64,000 nucleotides of DNA from contig CBDHDF010000002.1 of NCBI GenBank assembly GCA_965261545.1, forward strand, positions 768,001 through 832,000. Direction: 5' to 3'. The notes beneath the pieces were generated by a model. That model saw only the letters and a list, made by a program, of their open reading frames with translations. It searched no databases and was not told the DNA's origin. Below, piece after piece: positions 29,873-40,662 of this stretch (position 1 is the stretch's first letter; each line of letters begins with the position of its first letter). Both the position numbers and the translations under genes were made by a program. The DNA comes from Bdellovibrionales bacterium (GTDB lineage Bacteria; Bdellovibrionota; Bdellovibrionia; Bdellovibrionales; UBA1609).

Positions 29873-31039
29873 TTAACGAATGGCCGATAACCCTGTGAGT
29901 TCCAAGCCAACCACAAGCCTATGGATATCCTCGGTGCCCTCGTAGGTATTGACACTCTCCAAGTTGAGCATATGTCGAATGACAGGGTACTCGTCAATGA
30001 CTCCGTTGGCTCCCAACATATCCCGAGCTTCACGGGCAATCTCAAGGGCGGCTTTGCAGTTATTCATTTTGACCATGGAAACATGGGCCGGGTTCATTTT
30101 TTTAGCTTCCTTGAGCCGTCCCAATTGAAGAGACATAAATTGGGCTTTGGTGATCTCTTGAGCCATATAAACCAGTTTGCGTTGAGCCAATTGATATTGA
30201 GCAAGGGGCTTATCATCAAAAATTTTGCGCTCCTTGGAGTAGTGGAGGGCTTCGTGGTAGCAGGCATTGGCGGCACCAATCACGCCCCAAGTGATACCGT
30301 AGCGAGCCTGTGTGAGGCAGCTAAGAGGCCCCTTAAGCCCCTCTACATGGGGAAGAATCGCTGTGTCTGGGACCACACAATCCTCAAAGTGCAGTTCCGA
30401 AGTGACGCTGACGCGAAGAGAAAATTTTCCTTTCATAGGGCTGGTGGAGAAACCAAGGGTGTCTTTTTCCACAATAAAGCCTCGAATCACACCGTCGAGC
30501 TTTCCCCATACAATGGCGATATCGGCAATACAGCCATTGGTGATCCACATTTTATTTCCATTGAGCTTATAGCCTTCGGGAACTCTTTCAATGCGAGTAA
30601 GCATATTTCCTGGGTTGGATCCCGCATCAGGCTCTGTCAGACCAAAGCAGCCAATGAGTTTTCCTTGAGTCATGGCGGGGAGGTATTTCTCTTTTTGCTC
30701 CTCAGAACCGTAGGCCCAAATAGGAAACATCACCAAAGAGCCTTGAACGGAGCAAAAAGAGCGAATCCCCGAATCACCTCGCTCAAGTTCTTCCATCGCC
30801 AATCCATAGGCGACATCCCCGAGCCCTGGGCAACCGTAACCTTGAATCGTAGTACCTAGAAGGCCGAGTTTAGCAAATTGAGGTATGAGCTGGGATGGAA
30901 ACTGCTCGTTGCGATGACAGCCCTGGAGGAGGGGAGTGACTTCTTGACTGACAAAGTCACGAATAGAGCCCCTCACCATAAGCTCTTCTTCGGTGAGAAG
31001 GCTATCAAAATCCAAGTAATTCAAAGATTTATAGACCAT
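29873..31039 (-). CDS. gcdH: acyl-CoA dehydrogenase, glutaryl-CoA dehydrogenase-like
   Basis: ELERGDSGIRSFCSVQ, GCFGLTEPDAGS, KMWITNG and NLESVNTYEGT motifs. Confidence 0.82.
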   Translation of the reverse strand: MVYKSLNYLDFDSLLTEEELMVRGSIRDFVSQEVTPLLQGCHRNEQFPSQLIPQFAKLGLLGTTIQGYGCPGLGDVAYGLAMEELERGDSGIRSFCSVQGSLVMFPIWAYGSEEQKEKYLPAMTQGKLIGCFGLTEPDAGSNPGNMLTRIERVPEGYKLNGNKMWITNGCIADIAIVWGKLDGVIRGFIVEKDTLGFSTSPMKGKFSLRVSVTSELHFEDCVVPDTAILPHVEGLKGPLSCLTQARYGITWGVIGAANACYHEALHYSKERKIFDDKPLAQYQLAQRKLVYMAQEITKAQFMSLQLGRLKEAKKMNPAHVSMVKMNNCKAALEIAREARDMLGANGVIDEYPVIRHMLNLESVNTYEGTEDIHRLVVGLELTGLSAIR

Positions 31040-31339
31040 ATGACCTCCTGTCCCCAACTCTGTTGCAACAGTGCTTCAAGTTTTTTATCCATACATAACC
31101 CTACATCTGCAAATTATAAATTATATCATAGGTCACATGATTTTTTCTATTGCCATATTGCTTTTTTATGTTGTAGCATCCCTACGTCTTTGTCAAACAT
31201 CGAGGACAATTTTGCTATAACTAATGAGACTATCAACTGAGTCACTGAAAGAGCTAAGCTTTGGTCCTTTCAGAAGAAACCAGTGAAGAAATCGTTGAGA
31301 GATCATCACCTCAACGTATTCACAGGAGGAGTTTGAATA

Positions 31340-32806
31340 GTGAATCATCGAAATAATCAGCGTTATATCTTTACACATGAGCTTTTTGCCCATGGAACCC
31401 GTCAAGGTAACCCTCATAATCCCCCCTATAACTCTTTCCTTCCTGTCCTTAAAGTTCTTAAAATCGTTTTCTTTTTGGGCTCATTTTTTTATGGAGCTTC
31501 TGTGTTCGCCAGTGATTTTGCTGAAAAGGTGAGCGTTGATGAGTTGAAGTATGTTCTTAATAGCTTGGGACTCATGGCTTCTGCCGCATTGGTGATGTTT
31601 ATGGCCGCAGGTTTTTGTATGTTGGAGTGTGGCCTCGTGCGAGGTAAAAGTGCAGCAGTTATTTGTTTCAAAAATCTGTTTCTCTATGCCTTGGCTTGCA
31701 TTTGCTATTATTTAGTTGGCTACAACCTGATGTTTGATAATGTGGGCTCGTGGATGGGCTCATTTTCACCTTTATTGCACATAACATCAGCAGAAATGAA
31801 TTTCTTGGCCCGTCCAGAGGATGCAAACAATTTAAATGCGGTTGTCGGTGGAGATGCCTTTTCTCTCGGTACGGCTTTGTTTCAAATGGTCTTTGTGGCA
31901 ACGGCAGCCTCCATTGTTTCAGGGGCCCTTGCTGAAAGAGTTAAACTTTGGTCCTTTATGGCCTTGGTGGCTGTTTTGTGTGCCATTATATACCCCTTTG
32001 TAGGAGCTTGGACATGGGGTGGCGGTTGGTTAGCCCAAATGGGTTTTCAGGACTTTGCTGGCTCGACTATTGTCCATTCTGTGGGTGGATGGGTGGCTCT
32101 TGTAGGAGTGCTCTTTGTGGGGCCACGCATGGGAAGATACAATGAAAACGGGCTCCCCATGCCTATCTGCCCTTCCAACATTCCCCTAGCCACCTTGGGA
32201 ACTTTTATTCTTTGGCTGGGTTGGCTCGGCTTTAACGGTGGCTCCGTTTTGAGTTTCAGCAGTGCTTCAGATGCTGCCTATATTGGCCTCGTTTTATTCA
32301 ATACAAATATAGCTGCCGCTGCAGGCGTTGTCGCCGCCGTCCTCGTAAGCCTTTTTATCTATAGAAAGGCGCAAATGCTTTTGATTTTGAATGGGGCCAT
32401 TTCGGGTTTGGTGGCGATCACTGCGGGGCCAGATATAGAAAACCCCCTCTTGGCAATGGTGGTTGGAGCTATTGGAGGTGTTTTGGCAACTCTTACGACA
32501 CCCATGCTCGAAAAGTTTAAAATCGATGATGTGGTGGGAGCCATACCTGCCCACCTTGTTGCAGGTATTTGGGGAACTTTGGCTGTTGGTATCTTTACAG
32601 AAGCTTCTTTTGTGACACAACTTATTGGTGTCGTGGCTATTGGCGTTTTTGTTGTGAGCACATCCACGGTGACCTGTTTTATTCTGCTTAAACTTGTGGG
32701 TCTTCGAGTGTCTGAAAGCAGTGAATTTTTGGGCTTAGATATCACGGAGCTTGGCATAGAAGCCTACCCAGAGTTTCTTAGCCTAGAGGGCCTCAAGGAT
32801 GTGTGA
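31340..32806 (+). CDS. amt: ammonium transporter (Amt family)
   Basis: FQMVF, SGALAER, DFAGSTIVHSVGG, GWLGFNGGS and DDVVGAIPAH motifs; GTG start after AGGAGG. Confidence 0.93.
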   Translation: MNHRNNQRYIFTHELFAHGTRQGNPHNPPYNSFLPVLKVLKIVFFLGSFFYGASVFASDFAEKVSVDELKYVLNSLGLMASAALVMFMAAGFCMLECGLVRGKSAAVICFKNLFLYALACICYYLVGYNLMFDNVGSWMGSFSPLLHITSAEMNFLARPEDANNLNAVVGGDAFSLGTALFQMVFVATAASIVSGALAERVKLWSFMALVAVLCAIIYPFVGAWTWGGGWLAQMGFQDFAGSTIVHSVGGWVALVGVLFVGPRMGRYNENGLPMPICPSNIPLATLGTFILWLGWLGFNGGSVLSFSSASDAAYIGLVLFNTNIAAAAGVVAAVLVSLFIYRKAQMLLILNGAISGLVAITAGPDIENPLLAMVVGAIGGVLATLTTPMLEKFKIDDVVGAIPAHLVAGIWGTLAVGIFTEASFVTQLIGVVAIGVFVVSTSTVTCFILLKLVGLRVSESSEFLGLDITELGIEAYPEFLSLEGLKDV

Positions 32807-32951
32807 TAGCCTAGATAGCTAGCGACTGCTAGGGTAGAGGTGGTATCTACTAGAGTTAGAGGTCATTTAAGCATATAAACATATAGTTAATATACAAAAT
32901 AAGGAACTAAACCCATATAACAAAATCCATATGAATATGAGGGAGGAGACA

Positions 32952-34046
32952 ATGAAAGGTAATGGTCGTTCAATGAATGGTGGTCTTCCACGTCTGGCTA
33001 CAGCAGAGTATTTATGGCTTGATGGGGCATTTCCCACATCAGATTTACGTAGTAAATCCAGAGTTTTGCCTATAGAAGACTGTAGCAGTTTAGAGGATTT
33101 TCCCGAGTGGGGCTTTGATGGTTCCTCCACCTGGCAAGCCTTTGGCTCTCATTCAGACTGTATACTCAAGCCTGTTTATTACTGCATGAACCCTTTAAGA
33201 ACCACCCCTGGAAATCACTATTTAGTCATGTGTGAGGTCTATGAGTCTGACCGTGATCCCCACTCTACAAACTCTCGTAGCAAGCTTCGTGGATTGATGG
33301 ACAAGGCTTCCAAAACCAATCCTTGGATTGGTTTTGAGCAAGAATACACTCTTTTTGAGCACACACGCCCTTTGGGGTGGCCCAATAAAGGTGGTTTCCC
33401 CGGGCCCCAAGGTCCTTTTTATTGTGGGGTGGGAGCCAATCATGTCTTTGGTCGTCAAATTGTTGAAGCACACCTTGATGTATGCCAACAGGCAGGTCTT
33501 GCTATTTATGGAGTCAATGCAGAAGTTATGCCTGGGCAATGGGAGTTCCAAGTGGGTTATCGTGGTGTCGACGGCGAAGCCTGTGATCCTTTGACGATGT
33601 CAGACCAGCTTTGGGTGGCTCGTTACTTGCTAAATATGGTGGCAGAAAAACACTCCGTCATTGTTTCTTTGAGCAATAAACCCATGCCAGGTGACTGGAA
33701 TGGTGCAGGTATGCACACTAATTTTTCCACATCTCAAACCCGTGACAAAAACAAAGGGCTAGAGTGCATCCATGATGCCGTGGGACACTTAAGCAAGAGA
33801 CATGGGGAACACATTAAGGACTATGGTGCAGGCTTGTCAGAGCGCCTTACAGGGCTCCATGAAACTTGCCATATAGGACAATTTAAATCAGGCGTGTCAG
33901 ATCGTGGGGCTTCCATTCGAATTCCCTTGAATACCTCGGAGCAAGGTTTTGGCTACTTTGAGGATCGCCGCCCTGGGGCCAATGCAGATCCTTATAAAGT
34001 TTCCTCTCGTCTGGTTGAAACAGTTTGTTTGTCGTCATCTTTGTAG
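32952..34046 (+). CDS. glnII: glutamine synthetase type II
   Basis: About 364 aa; EYLWLDG, WGFDGSST, PQGPFYCG, NAEVMPGQWEFQ, DWNGAGMHTNFST, RLTGLHET and YFEDRRP GSII motifs. Confidence 0.92.
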   Translation: MKGNGRSMNGGLPRLATAEYLWLDGAFPTSDLRSKSRVLPIEDCSSLEDFPEWGFDGSSTWQAFGSHSDCILKPVYYCMNPLRTTPGNHYLVMCEVYESDRDPHSTNSRSKLRGLMDKASKTNPWIGFEQEYTLFEHTRPLGWPNKGGFPGPQGPFYCGVGANHVFGRQIVEAHLDVCQQAGLAIYGVNAEVMPGQWEFQVGYRGVDGEACDPLTMSDQLWVARYLLNMVAEKHSVIVSLSNKPMPGDWNGAGMHTNFSTSQTRDKNKGLECIHDAVGHLSKRHGEHIKDYGAGLSERLTGLHETCHIGQFKSGVSDRGASIRIPLNTSEQGFGYFEDRRPGANADPYKVSSRLVETVCLSSSL

Positions 34047-34118
34047 TATTGGTATCATTTGTTTATATTGTATATCCACTATGTTATTGGTTCATGATAT
34101 TATAAGGAGTGACAGGAA

Positions 34119-34478
34119 ATGAAAAGTGGTAATGTAGGAATACAGATCAAGCAAGAAATTGAAGGAGTTGTTATTTGTTCCATAGAGGGGCACTTGGAAG
34201 CATCTATGGTGAATGCTGTGAATGAAAGACTCCATGATATATTAAATGGAGATTGTAGTAATGTGGTTTTCGATTTAAAAAACTTGGATTACATTGCAAG
34301 CTCAGGGCTTCGGCTCTTTTTGTACACGGCTAAGAAGCTCAAAGCTAAAAATGGTCAATTACTTCTTGCATCCGTCCAAAAGAGTGTTCAGAGAAACGTT
34401 GATATCTCCGGATTATCTGAGTTGCTGCCATCCTATGAAGATACAGATACCGCCATCAAAGCCTTTCGACCAAACTAA
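34119..34478 (+). CDS. STAS-domain anti-sigma-factor antagonist
   Basis: DLKNLDYIASSGLR motif; 119 aa. Confidence 0.88.
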   Translation: MKSGNVGIQIKQEIEGVVICSIEGHLEASMVNAVNERLHDILNGDCSNVVFDLKNLDYIASSGLRLFLYTAKKLKAKNGQLLLASVQKSVQRNVDISGLSELLPSYEDTDTAIKAFRPN

Positions 34479-34539
34479 TACCAATGATTATAACCATTTT
34501 TACTGGAGTGCCCTGAAACTTATCATTAGAATTGCTAAA

Positions 34540-35748
34540 TCATTCTTCAAAGCCTCCGTCTTTAATGGCCCAACCTCCATATATTAAGTTGTGTCGTGCG
34601 ACTCCAACGGTGGTGTCATTATATTTTAATGCGCCCACATCAATATTTTTTCTTTGGATATTGGTGCCTGTTGTGCGTATATTTTCATGGAGTTGTATTA
34701 AGAATTTTGAGTAATTCTCAACGGATAGGTCGGATGATTGAAATAAACGATTGAAAGAAGTCACGCTCGTAAAATTCCAACGACTTGTATCTGGATTAGC
34801 CCGATAGGCATTTTGAAATATCTCATTCATATTGGTGACCTTAGAAGTATTCCAATTGCTTGTATCTGGAGTTGCTTCAAAGGCACTTTTAAACATAGAA
34901 GTCATATTGGCCACATTGGAAGTATCCCAACCGGTTGTATCTGGGGTCGCAAGAGATGCATAGGAAAACATGTATGACATATCGATGACATCTGATGTAT
35001 TTCCTCCAAAAACTTTTGTCAGAAAAGAGTTATTTTCAAAAGCCCTAGATAGATCTTTCCATCCCACATGTCCGAGATTGACAACTTCGAGTAGAAGACT
35101 ATTAAAGGGTGAAGAGCTATTTTGGAATCCCTCACAAGAACCCATAATTGTTATTGTATATGTTCCACCGTTTTCATAGGTATGTACCTTATCAATATCA
35201 TCAAAAGAGGTCACTTTTTTTATACCACTATTATCTCCCCAGTCCACAGTAAAATCATATTTTAATTGAGATATACTACTTTTTTTAAGAGGAAGAGTGA
35301 ATTCATAATCATCACTTGGAATGTTCCATTTTGTTATAAAGTGATTAGCCTCATGATTAACATTGATATTTTGTGTATCGCTATCGTGCATAATCATAAT
35401 TGTGATAGTATCCGATGTGACATGATTTATGTCGAAGCTTCCTTTAAAGACATTGGATTTGCAAGGAACTTCAGTAGTGATTTGAGGTTCTTCAATGGCT
35501 ATCAATACATTTTTTACCACAGATGAATCACATTTCCCTATAATATTGTATTTTTTTGAATCGGATATGGGAGTATTTTCCAATGATCTATTAATACTTA
35601 GAGACTCAGTAGAAGTGTTTTCAGAAGGGTTATTCACGGCATTGTTAGAATCTTTTTTGCAACCCGTAAATGCCATCAAGGATAAGATGAGTAGAAGTTT
35701 TGATATTAAAAAATATTTTCTAAGTTTTTTCTTAGAAATTTTTTTCAT
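34540..35748 (-). CDS. BspA/DUF285-repeat surface lipoprotein (paralogue of 9977-11356)
   Basis: Lipobox FTG-C; shared FxTKWxIPSDxYxFTLPLK, DWGD and EVVNLGxVGWKDLS segments; about three 25-aa repeats; AT-rich. Confidence 0.85.
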   Translation of the reverse strand: MKKISKKKLRKYFLISKLLLILSLMAFTGCKKDSNNAVNNPSENTSTESLSINRSLENTPISDSKKYNIIGKCDSSVVKNVLIAIEEPQITTEVPCKSNVFKGSFDINHVTSDTITIMIMHDSDTQNINVNHEANHFITKWNIPSDDYEFTLPLKKSSISQLKYDFTVDWGDNSGIKKVTSFDDIDKVHTYENGGTYTITIMGSCEGFQNSSSPFNSLLLEVVNLGHVGWKDLSRAFENNSFLTKVFGGNTSDVIDMSYMFSYASLATPDTTGWDTSNVANMTSMFKSAFEATPDTSNWNTSKVTNMNEIFQNAYRANPDTSRWNFTSVTSFNRLFQSSDLSVENYSKFLIQLHENIRTTGTNIQRKNIDVGALKYNDTTVGVARHNLIYGGWAIKDGGFEE

Positions 35749-35991
35749 ATATATTTTTTTATATATGAAATGATTGAAATGAGTGGAAATATCAAGCCTA
35801 TTTTTAAAGAATTCTTTTTTCATAACCGCTTGTCCTTTTTTATATTTTTATTCTCATATTTTATCTGTATCGTAACAAGATTAATCTTCTCATTTAAAGA
35901 TAATAAATATAAGAAGTACTAAAACAATCGGTCGAATATATTCAAAACATGATAATTTTCTACTGTTGCGAAATAGGTCGAAAGTGTCTAT

Positions 35992-36024
35992 TGAAATGAC
36001 AGTGAAATGACAGTGAAATGACAG
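35992..36024. repeat. tandem repeat TGAAATGACAG x3
   Basis: Three exact 11-bp copies. Confidence 0.9.
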
Positions 36025-36034
36025 GAACTCTAGT

Positions 36035-36724
36035 TTATAAAATGTATTTGCTTGAAATAGATGTAAGATTCGCTTTGAGTTCGTAGACAATAGGGGTTCC
36101 TGTGGGGATATTCAATTTGGAGATTTCTTCGTCTGAAATATTATCCAGATGTTTGATGAGTGCTCGCAAGCTATTGCCGTGAGCCACCATAAGAATCCTT
36201 TTCCCAGACCTTATATCAAGAGCTATTTTCTCATTCCATAGGGTAAGAACCCTTTCTTGAGTTTGTAAAAGAGACTCTGCGCAGGGAGTTTGGTCTTGGT
36301 CTATCTCCCTATACCTTAGATCGTGGGATGGGTGACTGTCATCGCTCGTGGAGAGCGCTGGTGGGAGGGTGGAGTAGCTTCGTCGCCAATGAAAAACTTT
36401 TGCTGCTCCATACTTTTCAGCCATTTCTTTTTTGTAACAACCCTGTAGCGCTCCGTAATGTTTTTCGTTGAGTCGCCAGGACTTGTGCACAGGGATCCAC
36501 ATTTGATCGAGTGTTTCAAGGATGATCCACAGGGAGTGAATGGCTCTTTTAAGAACAGATGTGTAGGCCATATCAAACTGAAAGCCCATTTGGGCCAGGG
36601 CCTTTCCTGCGGCTTGTGCTTCTTGGCGCCCCTGTTCTGTGAGGCCAATATCTTGCCAACCTGTAAAACGGTCTTCTAAATTCCATTGACTTTGCCCATG
36701 GCGCATGAGTACAAACTTATACAT
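36035..36724 (-). CDS. gpmA: 2,3-bisphosphoglycerate-dependent phosphoglycerate mutase
   Basis: MRHGQSQWN, RFTGW, LNEKHYGALQG and AHGNSLRA motifs. Confidence 0.95.
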   Translation of the reverse strand: MYKFVLMRHGQSQWNLEDRFTGWQDIGLTEQGRQEAQAAGKALAQMGFQFDMAYTSVLKRAIHSLWIILETLDQMWIPVHKSWRLNEKHYGALQGCYKKEMAEKYGAAKVFHWRRSYSTLPPALSTSDDSHPSHDLRYREIDQDQTPCAESLLQTQERVLTLWNEKIALDIRSGKRILMVAHGNSLRALIKHLDNISDEEISKLNIPTGTPIVYELKANLTSISSKYIL

Positions 36725-36797
36725 AGAGGCGATACTACCACAGGGAGGGTTGTTTGTGAATCATGTTAAAGTTCTGGTGAATAAACTATTTCATAAA

Positions 36798-37358
36798 ATG
36801 AGTAAAAAGTTTTTTCTGATTTTTTCACTATTGGCCCTTGCGGTGGTTTCAAGGTGGGCACCCCATACCTTTAACTTCACCCCTGTTTTGGCCATAGCCC
36901 TTTTTAGTGGAATGTACATTTCCAATAAAACTTGGGCCTTTGCTATTCCAGCCGTGGCTTTAATAGTTAGTGATAGCTTACTAGGATTCTACAGCGGTTC
37001 TCTCATGCTTTCAATTTATGGAAGTTATGCCCTCATCGTCTCCTTAGGTATATTGTCTAAGGGGTCCTTTAAACCCCTTAGACTCTTGGGAACTTCTATG
37101 GGTTCAGCTCTTATTTTCTTCTTGGTCACCAACTTTGCCGTGTGGTTTTTGGCAGAAACAGCCCTAGGGGGAATTGTTTATGAAAGATCTTGGTCGGGAC
37201 TTTGGAAGTGCTATCTTATGGCCCTGCCTTTTTTCAGAGCCACTCTCGTTTCCACGGTATTGATGAGTTTTGCCCTTGTGGGAGCCTATGAATGGGTGAT
37301 TCAACGGGGGGACCGTTACCACTTTGACAAAAGCTCTGCGTCCTCTGGCCCCTCTTAA
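36798..37358 (+). CDS. putative S-component-like membrane transport protein (DUF6580-like)
   Basis: RWAPHTFNFTPVLAIALFSG, FFLVTNFAVW and CYLMALPFF segments; several TM helices. Confidence 0.7.
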   Translation: MSKKFFLIFSLLALAVVSRWAPHTFNFTPVLAIALFSGMYISNKTWAFAIPAVALIVSDSLLGFYSGSLMLSIYGSYALIVSLGILSKGSFKPLRLLGTSMGSALIFFLVTNFAVWFLAETALGGIVYERSWSGLWKCYLMALPFFRATLVSTVLMSFALVGAYEWVIQRGDRYHFDKSSASSGPS

Positions 37359-37396
37359 GCACAAACATGTTCAATTTAAGCACAAGCATGTTCAAT
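37355..37396. repeat. 21-bp tandem duplication TTAAGCACAA(A/G)CATGTTCAAT
   Basis: Two adjacent copies with one mismatch. Confidence 0.9.
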
Positions 37397-37432
37397 TTTT
37401 AACCATTTTAAAGTCATATAAAGTGTTAAGCG

Positions 37433-38293
37433 ATGATAAAGCTAGATGGTCAAGTTGTCTCCTCTCTTCACCGGTCTCGGCTGAAGGAAAAAATAAGAGA
37501 AAAAACCTCAACCCATGGAAGTTCAAGCTCGTTGGGTTTAGCCGTGGTTCTTGTGGGAGAGGACCCAGCCAGTCAGATCTATGTTCGTCACAAGGTCAAA
37601 GCTTGTGAAGAGGTGGGTATTCATTCCCATATCTATCAATGGCCAAGAGATATTTCTGAAGAGGAGTGCCGCCATAAAATCCTACAAATCAACCAAGATC
37701 CTAAGATTTCTGGTTTATTGGTTCAACTTCCACTGCCACCGACCTTGAGGGAGGATCAAGTTCTTTCCTGGATCGACCCCTTAAAGGATGTGGATGGTCT
37801 TTGTGTTGAAAATGTTGGTTTGATGTGGTCAGGCCGACCTCGTGTTCTTCCCTGCACTCCCCATGGGGTGATGAAAATCCTTGAGCACTACAAAATAGAT
37901 GTGGCTAGAAAAAATGCTGTGGTGATAGGGCGGAGTCAAATTGTTGGTCAGCCCATGGCTTGCTTACTGCAAAGAGCCAACGCCACGGTGACGGTTTGTC
38001 ATTCCCATACTCCACAACTCATGGATTACACTCGCAAAGCGGAACTTTTAGTGGTGGCTGCCGGTCAGCCAAGTCTCATAGGAGCTGAGCATATTCAAAA
38101 GGGAGCTGTGGTGGTCGATGTGGGTATTCATCGCCAAGGGAAAACTTTGTGTGGAGATGTCCGCTATGAAGAAATTGGGGAAATGGCCCATGCGGCGACT
38201 CCCGTCCCAGGGGGAGTGGGACCCATGACAGTCACCATGCTCTTAGAAAATACCTATCGGCTGGCCTCTATTTTTTCTACTTCCTCTACTTAA
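37433..38293 (+). CDS. folD: methylenetetrahydrofolate dehydrogenase/cyclohydrolase
   Basis: LLVQLPLP, KDVDG, PCTPHG, GRSQIVG and TPVPGGVGPMT motifs. Confidence 0.95.
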   Translation: MIKLDGQVVSSLHRSRLKEKIREKTSTHGSSSSLGLAVVLVGEDPASQIYVRHKVKACEEVGIHSHIYQWPRDISEEECRHKILQINQDPKISGLLVQLPLPPTLREDQVLSWIDPLKDVDGLCVENVGLMWSGRPRVLPCTPHGVMKILEHYKIDVARKNAVVIGRSQIVGQPMACLLQRANATVTVCHSHTPQLMDYTRKAELLVVAAGQPSLIGAEHIQKGAVVVDVGIHRQGKTLCGDVRYEEIGEMAHAATPVPGGVGPMTVTMLLENTYRLASIFSTSST

Positions 38294-38439
38294 AAGAGGC
38301 TCCGAGTCATATTTCCATGGGAACATGGGGAGAAATCCTTTTTTCTTTGACATTTCTCTAATGTCAGCTAAGACATTTTCATTGAAGTAGAAAGAATGAA
38401 AAGAGAAGTCATCATAGGAAGAAAATTAGGAGTAAGCAA

Positions 38440-40464
38440 ATGGATATGATTGGAGTGATTGCCCCTGGAGCAGGTGCCATTGGACTCATTTTTTCTATTC
38501 TTATGTATCTAAGTTTGAAGAAAAAACCAGCAGGCACAGAGAAGATGATCGCCATTAGTGATGAAATTCACATTGGTGCCATGACTTTTCTCAAAGCTGA
38601 GTATAAGCAACTCGTTATTTTTGTGTTGGTTGTAGGGGTTTTATTGGCCTACGGCCTAGGAGTTCAAACTGCTTTGGCTTTTGTTTTTGGTTCCTTTTGC
38701 TCGGGGCTGGCTGGCTTTATTGGGATGAAAGCTGCGACCAAGGGCAATGTGAGAACAGCGGCTGCGGCCAAGGACCACGGAGTAAGTGCAGCGCTCTTGG
38801 TGGCTTTTAACGGGGGTGCTGTGATGGGACTCTCTGTGGCAGCCCTAGGGCTTATTGGTTTGGGAGTTCTCTATATGATTTTTGGCAGTCGTCCCGACCT
38901 CGTTTCTGTGGTTTCAGGTTTTTCCATGGGAGCTTCCTCCATTGCTCTTTTTGCCAGAATTGGTGGAGGTATATTCACTAAAGCCGCCGATGTGGGTTCC
39001 GATCTTGTTGGTAAAGTGGAGGCAGGAATCCCAGAGGATGATCCCCGCAATCCAGGAGTCATCGCCGACAATGTGGGAGACAACGTAGGAGATGTCGCTG
39101 GGATGGGAGCTGATATTTTTGAATCCTATGTGGGGGCTATGGTGGCCTCTATCACCATAGCAGCCACCATGAGTGCGACCACATTGTCTCAGATTTTTGG
39201 AAGTGAGGCCACCACAGAGATGCTTATGGGGCTTCCTCTAGGGCTTTCAGTGCTAGGTCTTGGAGCCTCATGTATTGGTATTTTGGGCATGAATGTGTTT
39301 AAAAATATGAATCCGGCCAAAGCTCTTATGGGCTCAGAGGTTTTAGCAGGGCTTGTTTTTCTTGTTGGCACCTATATAGGTCTTATGTTCTTGGGCCTAG
39401 GGCTCAACATTTTTTTGGCTATTCTCTCAGGAGCTTTGGCGGGATTTCTCATTGGTAAGGTGACGGAATATTACACGTCTTCCAAGCCTGTTTTTAAGAT
39501 CGCTGAAGCCTCTAAAACGGGTCCGGCCACAAATATTATTGCAGGCATTGCTGTTGGGCTTGAATCCTGTGCTGGGCCTCTTTTTCTCATTGCTAGTGCC
39601 ATTTTTGTGGCTCACCACTTTGCCGGTCTTTACGGTATTGCCATGTCCGCTGTGGGTATGCTTGCCACAGTGGGTGTGACAATGACCATTGATGCCTATG
39701 GACCCGTGGCCGATAACGCTGGAGGTATTTCTGAGATGTCTGGCCTGGGACCTGAGGTGAGAAAGATCACAGACGGTTTGGATGCCATTGGGAACACAAC
39801 AGCTGCCATAGGTAAGGGCTTTGCCATTGGTTCTGCAGCTCTGACAGCTCTCGCTCTTTTTGTGGCCTTCGATCAGAAGCTGGCTGCCACAGGTGCCAAT
39901 ATAGATATGAGTATCACCCAGCCCACTGTGGTCATTGGCCTTTTGCTTGGTGCCATGGTGGTTCTGATTGCCGCTGCCATGACCATGACATCTGTGGGAA
40001 AGGCTGCCAGTGAGATGGTCAGTGAGATTCGTCGTCAATTCAGGGAGATACCAGGTCTTCTTCAAGGAAAAGGAAAGCCCGACACCGCTCGTTGTGTGGA
40101 AATTTCCACCCAGGCGGCTCTCAAAGAAATGCTCATGCCCGTTATTATTGCGATTCTAGCCCCCGTGCTGGTAGGTTTTATTCTTGGACCCAGTGCCCTT
40201 GGTGGAATGCTTGCAGGCTCTCTCTTAACAGGTGTTGTTTTGGCTCTTTTGATGTCCAATGCAGGGGGAGCCTGGGACAACGCCAAGAAGTTTATTGAAA
40301 CAGGAGCCGTGGAAGGAGAAAAGAAAGGAACGGATGCTCACTCAGCGGCCGTGACTGGAGATACCGTGGGTGATCCCTTCAAAGACACCACTGGGCCATC
40401 GATGAACATTCTTGTAAAACTCATTTCTATTGTAGCCTTGATTATTGCCCCACTGATTGTTTAG
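38440..40464 (+). CDS. hppA: K+-dependent (probably Na+-translocating) membrane pyrophosphatase
   Basis: [35 protein letters not shown] (K+-dependent signature) and [10 protein letters not shown] motifs. Confidence 0.95.
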   Translation: MDMIGVIAPGAGAIGLIFSILMYLSLKKKPAGTEKMIAISDEIHIGAMTFLKAEYKQLVIFVLVVGVLLAYGLGVQTALAFVFGSFCSGLAGFIGMKAATKGNVRTAAAAKDHGVSAALLVAFNGGAVMGLSVAALGLIGLGVLYMIFGSRPDLVSVVSGFSMGASSIALFARIGGGIFTKAADVGSDLVGKVEAGIPEDDPRNPGVIADNVGDNVGDVAGMGADIFESYVGAMVASITIAATMSATTLSQIFGSEATTEMLMGLPLGLSVLGLGASCIGILGMNVFKNMNPAKALMGSEVLAGLVFLVGTYIGLMFLGLGLNIFLAILSGALAGFLIGKVTEYYTSSKPVFKIAEASKTGPATNIIAGIAVGLESCAGPLFLIASAIFVAHHFAGLYGIAMSAVGMLATVGVTMTIDAYGPVADNAGGISEMSGLGPEVRKITDGLDAIGNTTAAIGKGFAIGSAALTALALFVAFDQKLAATGANIDMSITQPTVVIGLLLGAMVVLIAAAMTMTSVGKAASEMVSEIRRQFREIPGLLQGKGKPDTARCVEISTQAALKEMLMPVIIAILAPVLVGFILGPSALGGMLAGSLLTGVVLALLMSNAGGAWDNAKKFIETGAVEGEKKGTDAHSAAVTGDTVGDPFKDTTGPSMNILVKLISIVALIIAPLIV

Positions 40465-40662
40465 TTGGTGAGTTTTTTAACCAGCCTTCCAACCTTTTTT
40501 TATTATTTTAATAGACTTTATGAAAATACTAAAGTATGAGTGGTTTTCAACTTTTAAGGTGACTTATAAGAGTTACAAAGTTAAGAATTTAATTTAAAAA
40601 AGTTTAAAAAAAGTCAATTTTAAACTTAAATTCAAAGCCAATGATGGCAAAGAGGGGTAAAA

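Noticed and set aside
29921..30859. 312-aa plus-strand ORF
   Set aside because: Antisense shadow of the acyl-CoA dehydrogenase; no motifs.
31291..31318. Canonical glnA (glutamine) riboswitch
   Set aside because: Only a simple hairpin; lacks the conserved junction. Kept only as a generic structured-leader candidate.
39427..40065. 212-aa minus-strand ORF
   Set aside because: Antisense shadow of hppA.
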